DNA of 54,624 nt from the NCBI GenBank assembly GCA_040384365.1, contig JAZKJK010000014.1, forward strand, positions 1-54,624, written 5' to 3'. The notes beneath the pieces were generated by a model. The model made no database searches. It was not told where the DNA came from and worked only from the letters and a program-made list of their open reading frames with translations. Origin of the DNA: Patescibacteria group bacterium. GTDB lineage: Bacteria > Patescibacteriota > Minisyncoccia > Phycocordibacterales > UBA9973. How positions within the stretch are numbered: the stretch's first letter is position 1; the number at the start of each line of letters is the position of its first letter. This document shows positions 19,641-28,752 of the stretch, one piece after another. Position numbers and translations under genes: made by a program.

Positions 19641-19795
19641 ATGTTTCTCTTTCTCGCCTACTGGTGTTTTTGCGTCAGTAGACGCGGTTGGTTTTTGACT
19701 AGTTTGCCCATCGATGGGCCGAATGGATTTCGGCCACTCGAATAAGCAAACTATTCAGTATTCAACCTTGTTTTCAAAGGGCAGTTTACCTCTAT

Positions 19796-19823
19796 AGTAT
19801 ATCACAAATGTAGTAAAAGTCAA
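19796..19823 (-). promoter_or_regulatory. Sigma70-type promoter of the SPFH operon
   Basis: Minus strand TTGACT-16 nt-TATACT with TG extension. Confidence 0.55.
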
Positions 19824-19834
19824 GCAAAACAAGC

Positions 19835-19862
19835 AAAAAGCCCCCATAATAGGGGGCTTTTT
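19835..19862. terminator. Intrinsic terminator
   Basis: AAAAAGCCCCC-ataata-GGGGGCTTTTT downstream of the gene ending at 19880. Confidence 0.75.
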
Positions 19863-19879
19863 AGCTAAATCTAACTACA

Positions 19880-20449
19880 TTAGTCGTGTTTCATTGGCAT
19901 TGCGTGATATCTTTCACCACCGCCATGTATCTTTCTGACTAATATCACTATCAATAGGACTAGTATGGCAAACATAATCCATTGGATGATACTTGAAGGT
20001 AGGAAACCATCTGATCCAAATATAGCATTTGCTCCTAGGTCGCCATTTGTTTCAGTATTTGTTGCAGAGTCAGCGTTACTGTTTGTATAAGTTGTATTTT
20101 GGTTTGCAGTAGTCTGTGTTGCTGGGGTAGTAGTTCTAGTGGCAGTACGAGTCGTAGTCGTTCTATTTGGGTTGGTGCTATTGGAATAGACAGTCGGGGT
20201 AGGGGAAGGAGCAGTATAAGTTGGAGCAGGGGTGTATGCAGGAGCTACATAAGTCGGTTCAATATTGTCATAATTACTTGGTGTTTGGTATGTGTTATAC
20301 CTGTTGCTAGAATAGTTTGAACTATCGTATGGAGTCACATAGCCAGCTGTACCAGCACTTACTGGCTCAGGTGAAACACTAGTCCCAAAGGCTAAGATAG
20401 CTAATATGCCTAAAGCGAAAACTATTTTGTTGTTGTTTATTTTATTCAT
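19880..20449 (-). CDS. Secreted, C-terminally anchored Thr/Ser/Tyr/Pro-rich surface protein
   Basis: Signal peptide, low-complexity body, C-terminal FLPSSIIQW-TM-RK; start moved to ATG 20449 on promoter evidence. Confidence 0.75.
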   Translation of the reverse strand: MNKINNNKIVFALGILAILAFGTSVSPEPVSAGTAGYVTPYDSSNYSSNRYNTYQTPSNYDNIEPTYVAPAYTPAPTYTAPSPTPTVYSNSTNPNRTTTTRTATRTTTPATQTTANQNTTYTNSNADSATNTETNGDLGANAIFGSDGFLPSSIIQWIMFAILVLLIVILVRKIHGGGERYHAMPMKHD

Positions 20450-20457
20450 ACAAGGGC

Positions 20458-20486
20458 AGTATAGCATATTATGTCCCTATTGTCAA
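20458..20486 (-). promoter_or_regulatory. Consensus sigma70 promoter, near-leaderless
   Basis: TTGACA-17 nt-TATACT, 8 nt before ATG 20449. Confidence 0.7.
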
Positions 20487-20532
20487 GCACAAAAAAAGCC
20501 TTTTAAATATGGCTATTTTACCTGATTTTTTG

Positions 20533-20614
20533 TGGGCGAGGGGAGACTTGAACTCCCATGCCTTACGGCACTACTTCCTAAGAGTAGCGTGTCTACCAAT
20601 TTCACCACCCGCCC
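20533..20614 (-). tRNA. tRNA-Leu(TAG)
   Basis: Cloverleaf GGGCGGG...CTCGCCCA; anticodon arm CTACT-CT TAG GA-AGTAG; long variable arm; GTTCAA T-loop. Confidence 0.95.
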
Positions 20615-20625
20615 AATATTTATTT

Positions 20626-20647
20626 TGACTAGGTACTTACCTAGTCA
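20626..20647. repeat. 22-nt perfect hairpin between tRNA genes
   Basis: TGACTAGGTA-CT-TACCTAGTCA. Confidence 0.6.
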
Positions 20648-20650
20648 GTG

Positions 20651-20723
20651 TGCGTCCAGAAGGGATCGAACCTTCGACCTTATCCTTAAGAGGGATCTGC
20701 TCTACCAGCTGAGCTATGGACGC
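20651..20723 (-). tRNA. tRNA-Lys(CTT)
   Basis: GCGTCCA TAGCTCAGCTGGTAGAGC; anticodon loop CT CTT AA; GGTTCGATCCC TGGACGCA. Confidence 0.95.
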
Positions 20724-20750
20724 AAATAAATTTTTCATTCAGTTATATTT

Positions 20751-20835
20751 TGGTGCCCGGAGTGGGAGTCGAACCCACATCCCTTACGGGACACCATTTT
20801 AAGTGGTGCGCGTATACCAATTCCGCCATCCGGGC
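20751..20835 (-). tRNA. tRNA-Leu(TAA), CCA encoded
   Basis: GCCCGGA...; anticodon arm CACCA-CT TAA AA-TGGTG; variable arm; ends CCGGGCACCA. Confidence 0.95.
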
Positions 20836-20872
20836 AAAAAATAAAATACAACCTTCATGAAAATTTCACCTT

Positions 20873-21355
20873 TCATTTTTTCCTATCTTTTCTATTTCTA
20901 CCTCTATGCGTGATTTGTAGACTGTGACAATTTGGGCATAGAACTCTAAGATTTTCTAACCTATTATCATGTCTGTCTCCATTTATATGATCTAGTTCCA
21001 ATGGAACTCTACCATCAACAGACATTTTTGCCCAGCCACACTCCTCACACTTGGGTTCCTTCAGTTTAACTAAAAAAAGTCTTTTTTTCAACTTAAAACT
21101 TTGGTAATCACTATTTTTAACTAAAATATCTTTTAAGGCTATCACGGGCTTAAAAGGAAGTCTCAATCCCTTATTCCACAACATTCCCGTAAAGTGTTCT
21201 GTAGATAGGTTATATTCTCTGATATATTTTTTTACTTGTTCATAATTTCCTCCTGCAGGTATTAACCCTAAAATTTTTATTACATTTCTATAACTTTTAG
21301 AATCTTTAACCGCATTTTTTAATTGTATTTCCGACCAACTTCTTTTTTTAGGCAT
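20873..21355 (-). CDS. HNH endonuclease inside a tRNA cluster
   Basis: CEEC...LELDHINGDRHDNRLENLRVLCPNCHS; N-terminal helical putative DNA-binding region. Confidence 0.9.
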   Translation of the reverse strand: MPKKRSWSEIQLKNAVKDSKSYRNVIKILGLIPAGGNYEQVKKYIREYNLSTEHFTGMLWNKGLRLPFKPVIALKDILVKNSDYQSFKLKKRLFLVKLKEPKCEECGWAKMSVDGRVPLELDHINGDRHDNRLENLRVLCPNCHSLQITHRGRNRKDRKK

Positions 21356-21413
21356 AGATTTAAAAGGTATACGGATATTATACTATAGTATGCTTTGTAT
21401 ACCTAAAATAGAG

Positions 21414-21485
21414 AGGCCTGGGGCGGAATTGAACCGCCGTATATTCCTTTTGCAGAGGAATGCCTTACCACTTGGCTACCAGGCC
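21414..21485 (-). tRNA. tRNA-Cys(GCA)
   Basis: GGCCTGG...CCAGGCC-U discriminator; anticodon arm TTCCT-CT GCA AA-AGGAA. Confidence 0.95.
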
Positions 21486-21526
21486 AACATGTTTTTAAAA
21501 GACTATTTTAAACAACACATCTAATC

Positions 21527-21850
21527 CTACCCATTTCTAAGCAGTTCGTCAATTTTCTGTCGGTGCTTTTCTCCTAGGTCAATGGCGATATCAATGAAAG
21601 GAATATTTTTGGTGCTCATATTTTTCTTCAGAAATTCCCGCAATTCTGGTCTTTTGCGTTTAGCGAATTCTAAGGCACTCTTTTCTTTATCGCTTGGCAA
21701 CACGGTGATGTATATGGTGCCGCGTTTGAGGTCAGGGGAGCAGTCGGCGGAGGTCACTGTGATAAGCGAAGTTTTATTGTTTTCCCGTCCCAAAAATTCT
21801 GCGGTAAGTTCCTTTATGTATTGAGCTACTTTTTCTTTTCGTTCAGACAT
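21527..21850 (-). CDS. rbfA: Ribosome-binding factor A
   Basis: RKEKVA, ITVTSADCSPDLK, KNIPFI..D; directly downstream of infB. Confidence 0.85.
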   Translation of the reverse strand: MSERKEKVAQYIKELTAEFLGRENNKTSLITVTSADCSPDLKRGTIYITVLPSDKEKSALEFAKRKRPELREFLKKNMSTKNIPFIDIAIDLGEKHRQKIDELLRNG

Positions 21851-21854
21851 GTGT

Positions 21855-23375
21855 TTACTTTTGGGCTATGGAAAATGACTCTAATACATCGCCTGCGGCA
21901 ACTTCTATTTTTGATTCGATCATCATACCGAATTCGGAGCCTTCGAGAACCTCGCTGGTTTTCACCTTACTTTTTTCTAGATTTACAATTTTCCCGCGCC
22001 CTATTTCAAATTCTCGGCGCATTATTTTTACTGTTCCATTTAGGAGCATCCGTCCCTCGATGACTTTTCCGCCTATGATCTGGCGTTCCTTGGTGCGGCT
22101 GAAAGCTCTGATGATCTTTGCGCGGCCTGTCGTCTCGACAGTCTCGACTCTCGGTCTTCTCGATTCCATTTGGACTTCCAACCACTCGGTCATCTTGTAA
22201 ATAATATCAAAGAAAGAAATTGTTATGCCTCTCTTGTCTGCGACTTCGAGTGCGGTCTTGTCGGCTTTGACATTGAATCCGATGATGATAGCTTCTTTGC
22301 CATCCGATATATTCTTCATATCAGATTCAGAAATCGCTCCGACGCCCTTGCTGATGATTTTAAATTCTGCGCCACCATTCTTGATTTTGGCTATTTCTTT
22401 TTCGATAGCTTCGAGCGAGCCGGATACGTCGGCCTTGATCAATATTGGGATTATTTTTTTACTTGTTTCTTCTTTGGGCCCCAAAGGACGGTCCTTAAGA
22501 GAGTTTCCCAAAGGACCGTCCTTGAAAGATTGCGCGTATGCTTGAGCATCCTTTTTATTTTTGAAACTTTGAAACATTGCACCAACGGCTGGCATTTTAT
22601 CAAAACCACAAAGGCGTACTGGTGAAGATGGTGAGGCAGTGTCTATCATCTCTCCTTTAAAATTTTGTATCATGCGAGTAGAGGTAATGGCGTTTTCCAC
22701 CACCACAAACATTCCTTTGCTGAGAGTCCCGTTTTTAATGATTAGGGTTGCCTGGATGCCGCGTTTGGAATCCAGGTCGGCTTCGATGATGAAGCCAGAA
22801 GCATCCTCGCCATTGTTTTCGGTAAAATTTTCCATTTCGGCCAGAATCAAGATAAGTGACAGCAGGCCATCTACGCCCGCGCCGGTTTTGGCGGAAATTT
22901 CTGCGCCTGGAGTTTTGCCTCCGTAATTTTCCAAGTAAATTTCATTTTCGGCTAACTCTTGTTTTGTTTTTTCAATATTGGCGCTCGGTTTATCTATTTT
23001 ATTTATGGCGACAATCGCAGGCAGTTTCATCTCGGTAATTGTTTTCCAGGCTTCGATGGTTTGTGGCTTTACTCCATCTTCCGCTGAGACTACTAGGATG
23101 GCAATGTCAGCAATGATGGCCCCGCGTTCACGCATTTTAGAGAAAGCTTCATGTCCCGGCGTATCCAGAAAAGTTATTTTCCTGTCTTTACCTTCTTCGT
23201 CTTTGTGCAAGACTTCATATGCAGAAATATTTTGAGTTATGCCTCCGGCTTCACCTTCGGTGACGTTTGTCTTACGGATGTAATCGAGCAGGGTGGATTT
23301 ACCATGGTCAATATGGCCCATGACGACCACCACCGGAGATCTCGCTATTATTTTTTTATTTTCATTTTCTTTCAT
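21855..23375 (-). CDS. infB: Translation initiation factor IF-2 (no N-terminal domain)
   Basis: [51 protein letters not shown]. Confidence 0.95.
   Translation of the reverse strand: MKENENKKIIARSPVVVVMGHIDHGKSTLLDYIRKTNVTEGEAGGITQNISAYEVLHKDEEGKDRKITFLDTPGHEAFSKMRERGAIIADIAILVVSAEDGVKPQTIEAWKTITEMKLPAIVAINKIDKPSANIEKTKQELAENEIYLENYGGKTPGAEISAKTGAGVDGLLSLILILAEMENFTENNGEDASGFIIEADLDSKRGIQATLIIKNGTLSKGMFVVVENAITSTRMIQNFKGEMIDTASPSSPVRLCGFDKMPAVGAMFQSFKNKKDAQAYAQSFKDGPLGNSLKDRPLGPKEETSKKIIPILIKADVSGSLEAIEKEIAKIKNGGAEFKIISKGVGAISESDMKNISDGKEAIIIGFNVKADKTALEVADKRGITISFFDIIYKMTEWLEVQMESRRPRVETVETTGRAKIIRAFSRTKERQIIGGKVIEGRMLLNGTVKIMRREFEIGRGKIVNLEKSKVKTSEVLEGSEFGMMIESKIEVAAGDVLESFSIAQK
22480..22523. 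repeat. REP-like palindrome doublet in frame within infB
   Basis: CCCAAAGGACGGTCCTT (22480-22496) and CCCAAAGGACCGTCCTT (22507-22523), 27-nt period. Confidence 0.7.
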
Positions 23376-23830
23376 AATACTTTTGCTCTGTTTAACGCTT
23401 CTCTTTCTTCGGTGCTCAATTCATATTCTGATTTATTGTTTTTGATTGGTTTAGCAAATATGCTCATGCGTTCGCGAGAATACAAACTAGAAACGACCAC
23501 TCCGTCGCCTTCTTCGTTCAACAGGCCGATAGCAAAACTTTGGTTGCTACCTTGGTCGGGGAATGGGTTGAAGCGCAGGGTTTCAACTCCTCGAATACTT
23601 TTTTTAAGTTTGGTATTTATTGTGGTGATGCTTTTTTCCAGAACGTCTTTGGCTTTATTCAGTTCGGTAATGTTATCTTCTAGACTAATGATAGTGTCTT
23701 CTAGGTCTTTCGCTTTTTTGCCGAGGAAAAATCTTTTCAATCTTTTTTCGGTGACAATCATCCAAATAGTGCCGACCACTACGGCGATTGCCACAAAAAC
23801 AAAAAAAGCCAATTCGAGCTTTGTATTCAT
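23372..23830 (-). CDS. DUF4446 family protein
   Basis: N-terminal TM, coiled coil, RFNPFPDQGSNQSFAIGLL, GVVVSSLYSR, FAKPI, LSTEEREA. Confidence 0.85.
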   Translation of the reverse strand: MNTKLELAFFVFVAIAVVVGTIWMIVTEKRLKRFFLGKKAKDLEDTIISLEDNITELNKAKDVLEKSITTINTKLKKSIRGVETLRFNPFPDQGSNQSFAIGLLNEEGDGVVVSSLYSRERMSIFAKPIKNNKSEYELSTEEREALNRAKVL

Positions 23831-23854
23831 ACCGATTCAATATATACTATTTTT

Positions 23855-25081
23855 ATGCCGAAATCAATTAGGAAAATAAAGGAAATATACCTAGATTATG
23901 CCTCTGCCGCGCTCGCGACTGCTAGCAATCCGGGAGCAATTCATGCGCTCGGCATGAGAGAAAAAGCTAAGTTGGAAAATGCGCGGGCGAGTGTCGCCAA
24001 AAGTCTAAATGCACACAAGAATGAAATTATTTTTACTTCTGGCGCTACTGAGAGTAACAATTTGGCTATTTTAGGTTTTATCCATGCGGAACAGGAGAAA
24101 GGTTTTCTCAGGTCCTCGGAACTCCCTAGTCCCTCTTTCCCGGCCAGACCATTCAAAAACCTTTCTCCTGTTCCGCATATAGTTACAACGAATATCGAAC
24201 ATGCGTCTGTCCTAGAAGTTTGCAAACATCTAGAAAAAACCAAACAAGCCGAAGTCACTTATGTGGAAGTCGAAGCCAGTGGAGTCATCGACGCCAAGAA
24301 AATAAAAAAAGCGTTGAGAGAAAATACTGTTTTGGTTTCGGTGATGTATGCCAATAATGAGATTGGAACTATCCAGCCAATCAGAGAGATTGCTAAAGAA
24401 ATCAGACACTTTCGCAAGCAAAAGGAAAAGCAGAAAGGTTTTCCTTTTTTTCACACTGATGCGGTGCAAGCCGTGAATTATTTGCCTATAAATATGGCGG
24501 AGCTCGGAGTTGACCTCATGTCTATAAATAGCGCTAAAATTTATGGACCAAAGGGGGTCGGCGCGTTGTATGTGAAAAAAAATACACCCATGAGTCCGAT
24601 TATGTTTGGTGGCAATCAGGAATTTGGTTTACGACCCGGCACCGAAAATGTTGCTCTGGCTGTCGGACTCGCGAAGGCGTTACAAACTACTGAACTAATA
24701 AAAAAGAGGGAAGTGGAACGTTTGACCAAACTGCGAGATTGCATGATAGCGAAACTAAAAAATAATTATTTTGATTTTTTGATCAATGGTGATTTGAAAA
24801 ATAGATTGCCGAATAACATCAACATAACTATCCCAAATATTCCGAGCGATCTTTTAGTGATTGAGCTATCCGCGCGAGGAATAATGGTCTCAGCTAAAAG
24901 TGCTTGCAAATCTGGAGACGGCAAGGCTTCGCATGTGATTCAAGCAATAGATAAAAATATAAAAGAAACCGATGGTTCGCTGCGCTTTTCCTTGGGCAGG
25001 GGCACAACCAAAAAAGATATAGATTACAGCGTCAAAGCTCTGTCTGAGATTTTAACCAAATTAAAAAAGTGGTACAAATAA
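23855..25081 (+). CDS. iscS: Cysteine desulfurase (IscS/NifS group I)
   Basis: IYLDYA, FTSGATESNN, IEHASV, ANNEIGTIQP, HTDAVQA, PLP-Lys in SAKIYGPKG, catalytic Cys in SAKSAC. Confidence 0.9.
   Translation: MPKSIRKIKEIYLDYASAALATASNPGAIHALGMREKAKLENARASVAKSLNAHKNEIIFTSGATESNNLAILGFIHAEQEKGFLRSSELPSPSFPARPFKNLSPVPHIVTTNIEHASVLEVCKHLEKTKQAEVTYVEVEASGVIDAKKIKKALRENTVLVSVMYANNEIGTIQPIREIAKEIRHFRKQKEKQKGFPFFHTDAVQAVNYLPINMAELGVDLMSINSAKIYGPKGVGALYVKKNTPMSPIMFGGNQEFGLRPGTENVALAVGLAKALQTTELIKKREVERLTKLRDCMIAKLKNNYFDFLINGDLKNRLPNNINITIPNIPSDLLVIELSARGIMVSAKSACKSGDGKASHVIQAIDKNIKETDGSLRFSLGRGTTKKDIDYSVKALSEILTKLKKWYK
24084..24178. repeat. 95-bp palindromic element translated in frame within the cysteine desulfurase gene
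   Basis: Perfect 23-bp inverted repeat ATGCGGAACAGGAGAAAGGTTTT (24084-24106) / AAAACCTTTCTCCTGTTCCGCAT (24156-24178). Confidence 0.85.
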
Positions 25082-25120
25082 ATTTTTGCAAACACTTGAC
25101 CCGGATGTTATAATCGGCTT

Positions 25121-25921
25121 ATGGACATCAAGGACCTAAACAAACCCCAGCTCATACTTCTCGCCGTGCTTTTGAGCTTTGTCACTTCGATTGCCACAGG
25201 CATCACGACCGTGACGCTGATGCAACAGGCTCCCCAGTCTGTGACTGGTCCGATCAATCGCGTCATTCAACAGACAGTCGAAAAAATCCAACAAGTCGAG
25301 GGCAAGACCACCGTGCAGACGATCATCGTCAAAGAAGAAGACTTGGTGGTGGACGCTATCGCTAAAAATAAATCCGCAGTATTTTCTGTGAGTAAAGAAG
25401 TTCAAGATCCAGACAGAAACACTATTGAAGTTTCTGCCGGTAGGGGATTCGCAATTTCCAAAGACGGCATAGTCGTAGTGGATAGCGGTTTTGTATTTGA
25501 ACAAGGCGCGTTTTATGTAAAGAATGACAGCGGAAAATTTAAAGCCGAGTTCTTGTCTACTGATCACGCCGGATTTTCATTTATCAAAATAGGCCCTGCG
25601 GTCAATGGCACTGATAAACTTGTTTTTACAGTGCCTACTTTTGGAGATTTGAATAAAATGAAGATAGGGCAGAAAATCATAGTTTTGGGTAACAGTATTT
25701 CTTCTTCTATCTTTGAAGGAAATAGAAATGTAGATATTAATTTTGCAAAATCAAGCCCAGGCGGACTCCTGCTCAATCTAGACGGAGAAGCTCTCGGGAT
25801 CGTCCTCTCTAGTGATACGACAAGTTTTGCCTCCATCGATGTCATAAATATTGCCTTAAGAATTTCTCTAGGAGAAGATGTAGGAGACACTACGCCCGCA
25901 GCTCCAATCCTTGCACCATAA
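25121..25921 (+). CDS. Membrane-anchored trypsin/HtrA-like domain protein, catalytic residues apparently lost
   Basis: GRGFAISKDGIVV, KIGQKIIVLG and PGGLLLNLDGEALGI match the HtrA scaffold; no TNxH or GNSGG. Confidence 0.65.
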   Translation: MDIKDLNKPQLILLAVLLSFVTSIATGITTVTLMQQAPQSVTGPINRVIQQTVEKIQQVEGKTTVQTIIVKEEDLVVDAIAKNKSAVFSVSKEVQDPDRNTIEVSAGRGFAISKDGIVVVDSGFVFEQGAFYVKNDSGKFKAEFLSTDHAGFSFIKIGPAVNGTDKLVFTVPTFGDLNKMKIGQKIIVLGNSISSSIFEGNRNVDINFAKSSPGGLLLNLDGEALGIVLSSDTTSFASIDVINIALRISLGEDVGDTTPAAPILAP

Positions 25922-25955
25922 AAACTTTACAACTTTATAACTTTCGACTTATAAT

Positions 25956-28685
25956 ATGCCACCATTAAATAAATTTACAACCAAAGCCAAAGATGCCATC
26001 AAGAAAGCCCATGAGCTGGCTATTGAGCGTGGAGTCAATCACGTTTCTTCTCTACACCTTCTCGCGGCGCTCCTGATTCAAGAAGAGAGTATGGTGAATT
26101 CGATTTTAGATAAATTAGAGATAGATACCATGCTGCTCGCCGACACAGTTTTGGAATTAATTGAATTACCAGAAGGCCACAGCACTCTCTCTCCCTCATA
26201 TCAGATTTATCTCAATCCGGATCTCGCGCAAGTCATAGAGAAATCCGCCAAGACGGCAGAATCCATGAAGGATGACTTTGTCTCGACTGAGCACCTGTTC
26301 ATCGCCATATTGGAAGTTACCAGTGAAGCTCGGGAGACTTTGGCGAGATTTAGAATCCATAAAGATTCGGTGATGAAAGTCATAGAAGAACTACGCAGTC
26401 AAAATATCACCGACGTGACCGAGCCAAAGAAATTTAAATTACTTTTAAAATACACTCGCAACCTGACGAAACTCGCCAAGGAAGATAAACTCGATCCGGT
26501 CATTGGTCGGGACAATGAGATAACCCGCATCATGCAGATACTTTCACGTCGCACTAAGAATAATCCAATACTTATCGGTGAAGCTGGCACAGGTAAGACA
26601 GCCGTGGTGGAAGGGTTAGCGCAGATGATTGTAAAGAACAACGTCCCAGAATCTTTGAAAGACAAAGAACTCGTATCTCTCGATCTCGGACTACTAGTCG
26701 CGGGAACAAAATATCGCGGAGAATTTGAGGAGAGATTGAAGGGCATCATGAAAGAAATTGAACGCTCAGACGGCAAGGTGATTATTTTTATCGACGAGAT
26801 TCATACCATAGTCGGCGCTGGTGGCGCTGAGGGTACGATGGATGCTTCCAATATGTTGAAGCCAGCACTTTCGCGCGGAGAACTCCGAGCGATCGGCGCG
26901 ACGACTTTGCGAGAATATCAAAAGCACATAGAGAAGGATCCGGCTTTGGCTCGACGTTTTCAGCCGGTGTATATCGACGAACCGAGTGTCGAAGACGCTA
27001 TCGCCATACTCCGCGGATTGAAGGAAAAATATGAGCTCTTTCATGGGGTACGCATCACTGATGATGCAATAGTCTCTGCCGTAAACTTATCTGCGCGATA
27101 TATCACCAACAGATTCTTGCCAGACAAAGCCGTCGACCTCATAGATGAAGCGTCTTCTTCTCTAAAAATAATGTTGGAAAATAAACCGCCAATTTTAGAA
27201 GACGCTCACCGCAAGATAATGCGTTTGGAAATAGAAAAAGAAGCTTTGAAAAAAGAGATTACTGGCCTCGGCGGAGACTTGACCAAGGAAGAGAAAGAAA
27301 AAGCCAAAGAAAAAACTAGTGAAATAAAAAATAGACTCAAAGAGGTAGATAAAGAAATAGGGAACTTGCACGAGAAGACCAAAGAGCTTGAGCTAAAATG
27401 GCAGAACGAGAAATCAATCGTGATTGAAATTCGCGCCATCAAAAAAGATCTCGAGGCCCTGCGTTTAGAGGCTGAGAGCGCGGAGATGCGAGCAGATTTG
27501 TCTCGCGCCGCGGAGATACGTTATGGCAAAATTCCTACGCTCAAAAAAGAACTTGAAACCAAACTTTTACGTCTGAAGAAACTTCAAAAATCACGTCGAA
27601 TTTTGAAAGAAGAAATTACCGCAGAAGATATTGCCGAAGTCGTCGCGCGTTGGACGGGCATACCGCTGACCAAGATGTTGGAAGAAGAGCGTGCGAAGCT
27701 GGAGAAGATGGAATCAGAATTGAGTGAGCGGATAGTAGGTCAAGATGAAGCTATCAAGCGCGTCGCTGATGTCATCCGCCGTTCTCGCGCTGGTATCGGA
27801 GACCCAAACAGACCCATCGGCTCGTTTATCTTTCTGGGTCCGACTGGAGTCGGCAAGACGGAGCTCACCAAGGCCCTCGGCCAATTTATGTTCAACGACG
27901 ACAAGGCCATCATTCGGGTAGATATGTCTGAATACATGGAGAGACATTCTGTGTCCAAACTCATCGGCTCACCTCCGGGATATGTCGGCTATGATGAATC
28001 CGGCCATTTGACGGAAGCGGTCAGGCACAGACCCTACGCGGTGATACTCTTTGACGAAATTGAGAAAGCTCATCCGGAAGTTTTTAATATGCTTCTCTCG
28101 GTCATCGATGAAGGCCGGATGACTGATGGCAAGGGCAGGGTGGTCAACTTCAAAAATACCATCATCATCTTGACCAGCAATATTGGTTCGCAATTTGTGG
28201 AGAAAATGGAAGCGATTGGATTTTCGAATAATTCCAAGAAAGCGGATTATGCGAATATGAAAGAAAAAGTTATGGAATCCTTGAAAGAAAATTTCCGTCC
28301 AGAATTTCTAAATCGCTTAGACGAAGTCATCGTCTTTGATGTCTTGTCAGAGGAAGCTATAAAAGATATCGTTAATATCCGAGTCAAAGTGGTCAAAGAT
28401 CGTCTAGCGGGCAAAGGAATTGCTCTGGAGATCAGCGATGAAGCTTTGTCTTATTTGGCCAAGGAGGGATACAACCCGCACTATGGGGCTCGACCGCTCA
28501 ATCGTTTGATTCAAAATAAAATTCTAAATCCTGTGGCATCTTATATTATCTCGGATGGTGTCAAAAAGGGCGACACCGTTAGCGTCATTGTAAAAAATAA
28601 TGAGATTGCGATTGAAAAGAAAAAAGAGAACAATATTCGAAAAATAAAAAGCTCTATGGGTATGAGGTCGAAGTCGGAGGTTTAG
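25956..28685 (+). CDS. clpB: ATP-dependent chaperone ClpB
   Basis: Clp-N domain, two AAA modules ([16 protein letters not shown]), long M-domain with AAEIRYG, PPGYVGY. Confidence 0.95.
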   Translation: MPPLNKFTTKAKDAIKKAHELAIERGVNHVSSLHLLAALLIQEESMVNSILDKLEIDTMLLADTVLELIELPEGHSTLSPSYQIYLNPDLAQVIEKSAKTAESMKDDFVSTEHLFIAILEVTSEARETLARFRIHKDSVMKVIEELRSQNITDVTEPKKFKLLLKYTRNLTKLAKEDKLDPVIGRDNEITRIMQILSRRTKNNPILIGEAGTGKTAVVEGLAQMIVKNNVPESLKDKELVSLDLGLLVAGTKYRGEFEERLKGIMKEIERSDGKVIIFIDEIHTIVGAGGAEGTMDASNMLKPALSRGELRAIGATTLREYQKHIEKDPALARRFQPVYIDEPSVEDAIAILRGLKEKYELFHGVRITDDAIVSAVNLSARYITNRFLPDKAVDLIDEASSSLKIMLENKPPILEDAHRKIMRLEIEKEALKKEITGLGGDLTKEEKEKAKEKTSEIKNRLKEVDKEIGNLHEKTKELELKWQNEKSIVIEIRAIKKDLEALRLEAESAEMRADLSRAAEIRYGKIPTLKKELETKLLRLKKLQKSRRILKEEITAEDIAEVVARWTGIPLTKMLEEERAKLEKMESELSERIVGQDEAIKRVADVIRRSRAGIGDPNRPIGSFIFLGPTGVGKTELTKALGQFMFNDDKAIIRVDMSEYMERHSVSKLIGSPPGYVGYDESGHLTEAVRHRPYAVILFDEIEKAHPEVFNMLLSVIDEGRMTDGKGRVVNFKNTIIILTSNIGSQFVEKMEAIGFSNNSKKADYANMKEKVMESLKENFRPEFLNRLDEVIVFDVLSEEAIKDIVNIRVKVVKDRLAGKGIALEISDEALSYLAKEGYNPHYGARPLNRLIQNKILNPVASYIISDGVKKGDTVSVIVKNNEIAIEKKKENNIRKIKSSMGMRSKSEV

Positions 28686-28752
28686 AAAATAAAAAAAACA
28701 GCCCACGAACCTTGCGGTTCGCGGGCGTGTTGGATCGATTGTCGAGCTCAGC

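Noticed and set aside
19660-19710. GGGCAAAC...GACGCAAA on the minus strand, reminiscent of a c-di-GMP-I (GEMM) riboswitch
   Set aside because: The GNRA-capped stem and second hairpin do not form properly, and GCAAACTA is better explained as one arm of a longer hairpin; an Infernal search would be needed.
20532-20729. 65-aa ORF (and the 72-aa ORF at 29132-29350)
   Set aside because: They overlap clear tRNA genes, a terminator and a palindromic element.
23151-23879. 242-aa plus-strand ORF
   Set aside because: Antisense shadow of infB and DUF4446 with no recognisable motifs; the same applies to the many short antisense ORFs over gyrA, clpB, dnaE and rpsA.
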